Positions 57,399 to 64,000 of a DNA stretch of 64,000 nt are shown here, one piece after another. A program made the position numbers and the translations under genes. Numbering within the stretch: position 1 is the stretch's first letter; every line of letters starts with the position of its first letter. The notes below the pieces were generated by a model that saw only the letters and a list, made by a program, of their open reading frames with translations, was not told the origin of the DNA and did not search any database. The stretch comes from Candidatus Yanofskybacteria bacterium RIFCSPLOWO2_01_FULL_42_49 (lineage in GTDB: Bacteria > Patescibacteriota > Minisyncoccia > 2-02-FULL-40-12 > GWA2-44-9), in contig MGKI01000011.1 in the NCBI GenBank assembly GCA_001795615.1, positions 44,996 through 108,995 of the forward strand. Direction: 5' to 3'.

Positions 57399-57497
57399 CG
57401 ATCGATCCTTACATCTTAATCATACCATAAAACACCCACAAAAGTCAAGCAAAAAATTCCTAGGAATTTTGGATATGAAAACGGCCTTATCGGGCCG

Positions 57498-58454
57498 TTA
57501 CTTTAGCTTAATTCTCAAAAGCAACTGAACAGAGGAAGGGCTGTTTTTAAACAAGAGCTCATCTTCTCTGTCAAAATTAAAACGCCCCTTCAACACAAAT
57601 CTTAGTCTGTCTGCGCGCAATAGCGGAACCGCCTCCAAAGATCCCTCCGCCGCAAGATCGTCGAATCTGTTTAGTCCATATGTATTTTCATCCCAGAACA
57701 TAAAGACTTTTTCGTAAAAACTTTTTTCAACTCGCATTCTATAACTGAACCGTTTCAAAAAATCTATTCTTCCGTCTGTCGCCACAAAAAAGGTTCTGTA
57801 CTGATCGTCATAAAGAGGAAGCGGCCCAACATCTCTAAACGAAGCTATGTAAACCTCCTGGCTTTCGGTCCATATATACCCACCGCCTACCCTTATCGCC
57901 AGATACCTGTCGTTGAGATCTCCAAATTTTGCACCACCCCAGCCTCGACTGCCATAAGACAATCTTTCAAAGTCAGCATTGAACTGAATACCATTGATGA
58001 TCGATAACGCTTTTTCCTGCTCAACAAATCCTCCTATTCCAAATAAAAACCCGCCCAAACTTTCTTCACCGGAAAACTTAAAAGACTTATTGTTTCTTAC
58101 ATTGACGCCATCATCGGAATAAGAAAACCCGCCGGAAACATCAACTGCATAGTCAACCCCTTCAAATCTTACACTTGGATTGGGCCAAACCACCGAAATT
58201 TGATCCTCCCAAGGATCTCTCAATGTTCCAAGGTTGACAGACCTATCCTGAATCCTGCCTATATCCACACTTCTTTCAAAAGGAAGAAGTGGGATATCCA
58301 AAAAAATGGCTTTCTTTTTTTTGACCTTAACAGGTTCGGACGGTTGGGAAGGTTGATCAGCCACAACCGGTTCCGGCTCTTTTTCCTGAGCAAGGACACT
58401 CGAACCCGAAAAAATTAAAAACATAGCAAAAACTAAGCACAACCCCTGCTTCAT
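57498..58454 (-). CDS. Secreted hypothetical protein (signal peptide; Gly/aromatic-rich).
   Basis: MKQGLCLVFAMFLIFSGSSVLAQE signal. Terminator aacggccttatcgggccgtt overlaps the stop. 318 aa. Confidence 0.55.
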   Translation of the reverse strand: MKQGLCLVFAMFLIFSGSSVLAQEKEPEPVVADQPSQPSEPVKVKKKKAIFLDIPLLPFERSVDIGRIQDRSVNLGTLRDPWEDQISVVWPNPSVRFEGVDYAVDVSGGFSYSDDGVNVRNNKSFKFSGEESLGGFLFGIGGFVEQEKALSIINGIQFNADFERLSYGSRGWGGAKFGDLNDRYLAIRVGGGYIWTESQEVYIASFRDVGPLPLYDDQYRTFFVATDGRIDFLKRFSYRMRVEKSFYEKVFMFWDENTYGLNRFDDLAAEGSLEAVPLLRADRLRFVLKGRFNFDREDELLFKNSPSSVQLLLRIKLK

Positions 58455-58549
58455 TAGACTTCCTTTTAAAGAGCTATGCCCCTAGAGTTAACATTTGATG
58501 CCTGAAAAATCAAATCCCGTACCATGGTACGGGAATAAAAATGTTATCT

Positions 58550-59782
58550 TTACCGGAAAAAATTTCGAAGTATTTCCAGTCTAACTGTGCCGCAACCCAC
58601 GAACCGGCCGGGCGCATCCCTGGTCTCAGACAAACATTGAGATTCAATCACCGCTGCCCCCTCCGGAAGCTCACTATAAATAACAAACGGTCCGCTATCA
58701 TAGATACGACGCGTCATGCCATCTTTGATCAGCTCGGCATGAAGCTCAACTTCTCCTCTTTCTCTAGCATACATAACTGTTTTGTCTGGTCTATTCGCTA
58801 TTTTGGAGTCGTCGTAAGCTGCCTGAAATGTCGGAATAATCAAATATCTCTTTCCGGCAGATTGAGAAAGTCCGTCTAAATATCTCCTCCAACTGTAAGA
58901 ATTGCGGGCATATTCGTGAATTCTGGCCACATAACTTTTAGTGTCGTCTGCCAGCGAGTAGTCCATAAATCCGTCCAAGCTTTTTATTCTGTTTTTATCA
59001 TCCTCTCTTTCGGGAAAAGCCCGCATTCCTTCCGAACCGATAAAAAACACGGGGTAATCTTTTTTCGCTTCTTCAAGAAGACTAGCAAAATCTCCAACCA
59101 TCTGTATCGATGACCACATATATATAACGGCTCGACCGTTTACGGTGACATATCTCGACTGATAGGGCATAATCACATTTTTAAACATAAAATCTATATC
59201 TTCCTTAAACACTTGGCGATTGCGCGGATCATTCATGTTTTTTGGTCCGCCGTCTGAAGGATTATACCTGGTACCGTAGATATGCTCGTAGAGAAGAAAG
59301 AATGGCCCGCATCCACTGGCAAAATTATTGCTTAACCAGTAATTGTGATCATAGTGACTGGGGTTGGGGTTATACTCAAGAACAGCCGCTCCGCCACCAA
59401 ACTCTTTGATCTGCCGGCATTGTTCCATAACTTGAAAGGGCGAAGGTCTTTGATTGGGAGTCCAAAGCCGTGAAATCGGATGAACCGCAGCTTCATGTGG
59501 AGAATAGTCCCACGGATAAGTGTTAGCAAACCAGCCTTGAATTGTTGTCAGTTCAACGCCGCCAATCACACTGGGGGTGCTTAAGGCCATCTCCGAAGCG
59601 GAAGTAACACCCAAAATATCACCCGCAATTTCTTTGGCTTCATCGATAGGATTTGCCGCATCACCCCGGTTTTCTGTCGAAACAGAAGACGGACTTAGGG
59701 GAAATGTCTCGTCACAACTTTCGCAGCCCGGAATAGACGATACGGCAAGCACAAATACTGACATCATGACAGACTTATACAT
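58550..59782 (-). CDS. Putative lipoprotein (…SSIPGC), possibly a glycoside-hydrolase-like TIM-barrel enzyme.
   Basis: MYKSVMMSVFVLAVSSIPGCESC lipobox. 410 aa. No confident family assignment. Confidence 0.4.
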   Translation of the reverse strand: MYKSVMMSVFVLAVSSIPGCESCDETFPLSPSSVSTENRGDAANPIDEAKEIAGDILGVTSASEMALSTPSVIGGVELTTIQGWFANTYPWDYSPHEAAVHPISRLWTPNQRPSPFQVMEQCRQIKEFGGGAAVLEYNPNPSHYDHNYWLSNNFASGCGPFFLLYEHIYGTRYNPSDGGPKNMNDPRNRQVFKEDIDFMFKNVIMPYQSRYVTVNGRAVIYMWSSIQMVGDFASLLEEAKKDYPVFFIGSEGMRAFPEREDDKNRIKSLDGFMDYSLADDTKSYVARIHEYARNSYSWRRYLDGLSQSAGKRYLIIPTFQAAYDDSKIANRPDKTVMYARERGEVELHAELIKDGMTRRIYDSGPFVIYSELPEGAAVIESQCLSETRDAPGRFVGCGTVRLEILRNFFR

Positions 59783-59919
59783 ACTTGTTCCTTGTTTTTA
59801 AAAAACAAAACTGCCCTTACTAAAGCAGTTTTTATCAGGTTAGCAATATTGACAACTATGAATATTCGAGTTATTTATAAGCCATCTTTTACAACAAAAC
59901 GCCTGGAGAACATACGAAA

Positions 59920-60552
59920 GTGAGCACAAAAGGGGTTTTGGTCGCAATCGAAGGAATAGATGGTTCGGGAAAATCCACCCAATGCAAGCTCTTGAAAGAA
60001 CGCCTTGAGAAAGCCGGCTTTCCCGCCACCATTGTTAAGGCGAAGAACGATAAACAAGGTCGTGTTTTTAAAAATTTCCTGAGTGTTTTCGGAATTACAG
60101 CCGATTCAGTTTCTTTCACACTGCTTTATCAAGCGTTACACCGCCGGCAATTTGAAATCGCTCGGAACGAACTTGGTAAAAAACATATTGTCGTCGCCGA
60201 TCGATGGAACCCTTCATTTTTTGTTTTTCATAACCTTTATGGCCTCCTGGCTGATAAACCCCAAATCAGAGAGTCTCTCGACAAACTAGCGTTTGAAAAT
60301 CTCAGGCCGGACATATGCTTCCTTTTAAATGTTCCAGTGAAAGTGTCTTTCACGAGAAGGTCTGGCCGAAAAAATGAACCGGAACGAGAACCAAGCCCAG
60401 ACAGATTGGAGTTTTATGAGAAAATAGCTGCAGAGTATTTGCGGCTTGCATCTAGAGAAGGGTGGGTGGTTATTGACGCTAATTTGCCAATATCAGAAAT
60501 ACATCGACAAATAATGGGGACAGTCGAAAACATATTGCTCAAAAGAAATTAG
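59920..60552 (+). CDS. tmk: Thymidylate kinase (canonical). GTG start.
   Basis: VLVAIEGIDGSGKSTQCKLLKERLEKAGF…DRW… Tmk signatures. 210 aa. Confidence 0.8.
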   Translation: MSTKGVLVAIEGIDGSGKSTQCKLLKERLEKAGFPATIVKAKNDKQGRVFKNFLSVFGITADSVSFTLLYQALHRRQFEIARNELGKKHIVVADRWNPSFFVFHNLYGLLADKPQIRESLDKLAFENLRPDICFLLNVPVKVSFTRRSGRKNEPEREPSPDRLEFYEKIAAEYLRLASREGWVVIDANLPISEIHRQIMGTVENILLKRN

Positions 60553-60589
60553 TACTAACACCGGGGGCATGGGCCCCTGTTTTACTATA

Positions 60590-61141
60590 ATGAACAACCA
60601 CGGAAAAGTTATTTTTATAGAGGGGATATGGGGCAGTGGAAAGACGGCCCTTGTTAAAGTACTCAAAAAATCTTTAGACGGGAGAACTGTAACTCTAAAA
60701 GAACCCAATCACCTTACCAGTCTTAAAAAGGCTTCCCCCGAAAAAATCACGAACTGGTATCTTCGGGCCCACCACAAAAACATTCGAAGAGCCATCAGCT
60801 TGTCGAGCGATAACGACACCGTACTGACAGAGCGCTCCCCTATTTCCTCAATATCTTTTATGCGGGCCTATCTTAACAAAGACTCGAGGGGTTTAGAAAA
60901 GAATATGATCCGTCTGGAAACCGAGCTTGGCCGAATATTAAAATTAACCGGCAAAAAGGCGGTCATCGTTTATCTCAACCACAACCTAGACAGGACCTTG
61001 GCAAAATTGCATTCTAAAGCACACCTTAAACACCTAGACTCAGTCGACTCGCTTATGATCCTTGCTAAAAGCACGAGAGAATTTTTAGCAAGATTAAACA
61101 AGAGGGGCATAATAGACTTAATAATTTTAAAAAATGAGTAG
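60590..61141 (+). CDS. Deoxynucleoside-kinase-like P-loop NTPase.
   Basis: VIFIEGIWGSGKTALVKVL Walker A, and ERSPISS (dNK-like ERS motif). Start taken at MNNHGK. Confidence 0.5.
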   Translation: MNNHGKVIFIEGIWGSGKTALVKVLKKSLDGRTVTLKEPNHLTSLKKASPEKITNWYLRAHHKNIRRAISLSSDNDTVLTERSPISSISFMRAYLNKDSRGLEKNMIRLETELGRILKLTGKKAVIVYLNHNLDRTLAKLHSKAHLKHLDSVDSLMILAKSTREFLARLNKRGIIDLIILKNE

Positions 61142-62417
61142 CGAAATAATTTTATATTCTGCGTCAGCTTTCTTTGTGTTTCTGGGACTTTTGAATTCTT
61201 TTAAGGTCTCCCATTCGCTGGCCCACATCAAAAAACAGCAAAAGAATCTTGCGGCCAAAAAAGCAGAATACTGCCCGGATGTTTTTGTGCTTATCCCTGT
61301 CCTTAGAGAAGCAAAAATTATAGGAAACTCCCTCGAAAATTTTTCCCGGTTAAAGTACCCCGCAGACAAGCTTAATATCGTTGTGGTAACGACTGAAAAA
61401 GAGCACGAGACTTTCTCCGAGCCGGATACCCCAGAAGTCGTCAAAACCAAAATAACTTTACTTAATAAGAGGCTCGAAAGAGAAGCTTTTCTGCATATCC
61501 ACTATCCTAATAAAGACGGGGTTAAATCTGACCAGCTAAACTATGCGATAGAAAAGCTTTCTCAAAAATTTCCGTCGCGTTTTCAAGACAATACTTACAT
61601 CGGAGTCTACGACGCCGATTCGTCCACAAACGACGATGTCATTGAGTTGCTAGCCGCAGATGGTTCCGTTAACGGCTGGGCCGACGCTTATCAGCAACCG
61701 ACGCTATATATCAAGAATCATCCCGGTGGAAATATTTTGGCTGGTTCTTTTTCATTACTGCAAACTGCTTTTGCTTTTTACCACGAAAACTACAACCTCA
61801 TCACCGCTTCAAAAATGCGCTATCTTATCGGACACGGTTTATTTGTTAAATGGTCTTCGTTAAAAGAAGCCGGACTTTTCCCTACACCGGTAGAAGATAC
61901 CCGCCTGGGTCACATTTTTTCATATCTAAAAAAGGATATCCGTCTCCTTCCGTCTTTTGATACCGTAGAAACTGCTCCGAGAATAACGGCCAGGATAAGA
62001 CAGGCGTCGGTGTGGTTTATCGGAGAGAGTTATTTCTGGATGGATCGGAAAATAGCTACAAAAATTAAACCTATTCCAAGTTTACGGATACTTTGGCTGG
62101 GAACATATAAACTTTATAGAAACGCGGTCTGGATGTTTCGTGGTGGAATTTTATTGATACTACTGGCTTTGTTGATTTATAAATTCGGCCCGATTGCGCT
62201 CCTGCCTCCCCTAATCTACCTGACATTACCGATTGTCATACTCATATCTAAACTTGACCAGATAAATGTGAGCTGGCCGAAAATATTATTTTCTCTTCTT
62301 CTTTCACCGGTAGAATTTTTATTCATGTCTCTGGGGCCGCTAGTCGGATTTATAAAAACAAGCATCTTCAGATCTGACAATAAAAATTTCTTGTTTCCCA
62401 AGACAGAAAGAGTGTGA
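61134..62417 (+). CDS. Membrane glycosyltransferase family 2 (processive synthase-like; multiple C-terminal TM helices).
   Basis: VLIPVLREAKIIGNSLEN…VVVTTEKE…YDADSS GT2 motifs plus C-terminal TM helices. 427 aa. Confidence 0.65.
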   Translation: MSSEIILYSASAFFVFLGLLNSFKVSHSLAHIKKQQKNLAAKKAEYCPDVFVLIPVLREAKIIGNSLENFSRLKYPADKLNIVVVTTEKEHETFSEPDTPEVVKTKITLLNKRLEREAFLHIHYPNKDGVKSDQLNYAIEKLSQKFPSRFQDNTYIGVYDADSSTNDDVIELLAADGSVNGWADAYQQPTLYIKNHPGGNILAGSFSLLQTAFAFYHENYNLITASKMRYLIGHGLFVKWSSLKEAGLFPTPVEDTRLGHIFSYLKKDIRLLPSFDTVETAPRITARIRQASVWFIGESYFWMDRKIATKIKPIPSLRILWLGTYKLYRNAVWMFRGGILLILLALLIYKFGPIALLPPLIYLTLPIVILISKLDQINVSWPKILFSLLLSPVEFLFMSLGPLVGFIKTSIFRSDNKNFLFPKTERV

Positions 62418-63148
62418 CTAACAAATATTACCAACAATTCAGCAATATCTTCGCCCATTCGTCTGTCCCTTGGCAACAGGAAATATTAAAGCAGTTTTTA
62501 AATAAGGCCGAAGTTACAGATTCTTACCTTATAGCCGATATCGGCTCTGGTGTTGGAAACAATATACAAACCATCCTAGGGTTTACGAGACAAATCACCG
62601 CCATTGACATCTCGCCAGGAGCCTTGAGTATGCTTAAAAAAAGATACGCTGGGATTGATAGTTTATCAATTATCCAGGCCGATGCGACGAAACTTCCTTT
62701 TCGTGCGGAAACATTTGACGCGGTAATACTGACGGAGATCCTTGAACACTGTGAAAACCCCGCAAAAGCTTTGTCCGAATCCTTGAGAATTTTAAAAAAA
62801 GGTGGACACATAATAATGAGCACCCCTAACTACTTTAATCCAGCCGGACTCTGGAAAAAAATCTGTGACCTAGTTAACCCTGCTTCAACTTGGGACGCCT
62901 GGGGAAATCACGAAAAGGGCGTTGAAAACTTTTTCACATCTTTTAAACTGTCGAATTTGGCCAAATCACAAGATATTAAAATCGTTACGGAGTTGGGCGG
63001 AGACATAATAAGAAGCTGGCTACCATTTTTTAGAAAACAGTACCGTTTTATAGACCGGCATCCGTTTTTAAGAGTGGGCAAAATGTGGCCAATCAAATAT
63101 CTGCTAATGAACTACTTTATTTTGGGTAAAAAGGATGACATTAACTGA
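62414..63148 (+). CDS. Class I SAM-dependent methyltransferase.
   Basis: LIADIGSGVGNNIQ (motif I) … ILKKGGHIIMSTPN. 244 aa. Confidence 0.75.
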   Translation: MTNKYYQQFSNIFAHSSVPWQQEILKQFLNKAEVTDSYLIADIGSGVGNNIQTILGFTRQITAIDISPGALSMLKKRYAGIDSLSIIQADATKLPFRAETFDAVILTEILEHCENPAKALSESLRILKKGGHIIMSTPNYFNPAGLWKKICDLVNPASTWDAWGNHEKGVENFFTSFKLSNLAKSQDIKIVTELGGDIIRSWLPFFRKQYRFIDRHPFLRVGKMWPIKYLLMNYFILGKKDDIN

Positions 63149-63593
63149 CACCGATAAACGGGTCTTCTTCTATGATAAATTTATCAATATTATCCCAAAA
63201 AGTATTTTTTAAACGCTTTGGGAAAACTTTTAAATCCTGCAGCTCTTCTTTTGAGAACCATCTGCCTGTCTCCACTTGGCCGTTCGGATCAAGATCAATA
63301 TGGTTCTCGTTTATTTCAGTTCCCGCTTTGGGCACAGCAAGCCAGAATGTCTCGAAGAAGATGGAGTCCTCGGTAGCGTGGAATTCTTGAAGATAGAGAA
63401 TTCTTTTTATCTCAACGCTCAGGCCGACTTCTTCGGTAACCTCTCTTTCAGCGCACTGAAGAATATTTTCTTTATCATACTCCCATCCTCCGCCAGGAGC
63501 ATACCAAAAGTTAGTCCCCTTATTTTTGACCAGAAGTATTTTATTGTCTTCGGGATTATAGATAACCACCCTCGCCAAAATGCGTATATTCAT
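63141..63593 (-). CDS. NUDIX hydrolase.
   Basis: Nudix box G-x5-E-x7-REVTEEVGL. 150 aa. Confidence 0.8.
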   Translation of the reverse strand: MNIRILARVVIYNPEDNKILLVKNKGTNFWYAPGGGWEYDKENILQCAEREVTEEVGLSVEIKRILYLQEFHATEDSIFFETFWLAVPKAGTEINENHIDLDPNGQVETGRWFSKEELQDLKVFPKRLKNTFWDNIDKFIIEEDPFIGVS

Positions 63594-63607
63594 TGGTGTA
63601 GAATGTC

Positions 63608-64000
63608 TTACTTAAGTTTTTCTTCGAGTAACTTCGCTATGTCTTTGGTGTCAATTCTCTTTTGTTCCATGGTGTCCCGGTCACGCAAAGTTACCGTCCC
63701 GTCCTCCAGCGTCTGAAAGTCCACCGTGATACAGAATGGGGTGCCTATTTCGTCTTGCGAATAATATCGTTTGCCGATATTTCCTCTGTCGTCCCAGGCG
63801 ATATTTAAACTTGTCATTTTTAAATCTTTAAACACCTGTCGCGCTTTGGCGGCTAACTCCGGCTTGTTCTTTAACAACGGAAACACCGCCGCTTTGTACG
63901 GCGCGAGTTTTGGGTGGATTTTCAGGACGATCCTATCTTTTTCTTCTTGATATGCATCGAGCAAAAAGAATAGTAGCGCCCGGTCCACACCGCCTGATGT
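63608..64000 (-). CDS. glyQS: Glycine--tRNA ligase (alpha2 type), C-terminal anticodon-binding domain only; the 5' part lies beyond the window end.
   Basis: …KAAVFPLLKNKPELAAKARQVF…DDRGNIGKRYYSQDEIGTPFCITVDFQTLEDGTVTLRDRDTMEQKRI matches the GlyRS C-terminus. Confidence 0.7.
   Translation of the reverse strand, partial: TSGGVDRALLFFLLDAYQEEKDRIVLKIHPKLAPYKAAVFPLLKNKPELAAKARQVFKDLKMTSLNIAWDDRGNIGKRYYSQDEIGTPFCITVDFQTLEDGTVTLRDRDTMEQKRIDTKDIAKLLEEKLK

Noticed and set aside
56961-57528. Three + strand ORFs (74, 69 and 111 aa) in the GC-rich island
   Set aside because: These are high-GC frame artefacts opposite the better-supported minus-strand lipoprotein gene (signal peptide plus lipobox plus terminator).
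57590-57625. Possible additional mini-hairpin copy (AAEGSLEAV) in the secreted protein 57498..58454
   Set aside because: The DNA is a direct ccgcctcc/ccctccgcc repeat rather than the palindromic CCGCC-N3-GGCGG unit, and similarity to the element is only at the peptide level.

Overview
This window reads as a low-GC (~40%), gene-dense bacterial chromosomal segment, inferred to come from a Candidate Phyla Radiation / Patescibacteria-type (Parcubacteria-like) genome, with mostly housekeeping genes, one large partial cell-surface gene at the left edge and a long minus-strand block of secreted/surface proteins and peptidases on the right.

Gene content: housekeeping genes topA, relA/spoT, parAB, glmS, rpsP, rnc, nusB, rpmF, dnaE, thrS, miaA, gatB, rplK, nusG, secE, gyrB, pheS, guaB, pgk, tpiA, galT, dprA, rnhA, tmk and glyQS; a glycan-biosynthesis cluster of three GT1/GT2 enzymes plus a polyprenyl-phosphate sugar transferase; RNase P RNA; tRNA-Leu(CAA) and tRNA-Asp(GUC).

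The left 5.8 kb is the 5' portion of a giant minus-strand surface-protein gene that runs off the window edge. It has an N-terminal HTH-like segment, one TM helix, and a tail-fibre-like Gly/Thr/Ser-rich repeat region containing three perfect 477-bp tandem copies.

The region 50.7–59.8 kb is a minus-strand block of secreted and surface proteins: Ig-like and PKD-domain giants, each preceded by a paralogous small membrane-anchored protein; two papain-like cysteine peptidases (C39-like and CHAP/NlpC-like); and one GC-rich, probably foreign, lipoprotein gene.

The most unusual signal is a set of short GC-rich palindromic elements in an AT-rich genome:
- a 30-nt double mini-hairpin (YCAGCC-N3-GGCTGR + CCGCC-N3-GGCGG) inserted in frame into pgk, tpiA, miaA and a GT2 gene, and also present in two intergenic composite repeats;
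- a ~65-nt imperfect palindrome inserted in frame into gatB and a CHAP-peptidase gene;
- a CTGCCTGCCGGCAGGCAGG hairpin that appears in three intergenic sites and, with a compensatory base-pair change, inside the RNase P RNA gene.
This pattern is reminiscent of Rickettsia palindromic elements.

Other repeat families: a 75-nt ACGAAT-rich element in four copies, each placed 5–20 nt upstream of a start codon and in the same orientation relative to transcription, which is a candidate promoter/leader cassette; a 45-nt stem-loop in three copies around a PaaX-like gene and rnpB; and in-frame heptamer and 15-bp microsatellites in topA, miaA and a surface protein.

Other anomalies: rplK is not followed by rplA; ThrRS lacks its editing domain; a ThyX-like tandem-domain protein with degenerate catalytic motifs sits beside a divergent Tmk-like kinase; and a GC-rich candidate sRNA locus lies between pheS and gyrB.

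No CRISPR array or rRNA was found.
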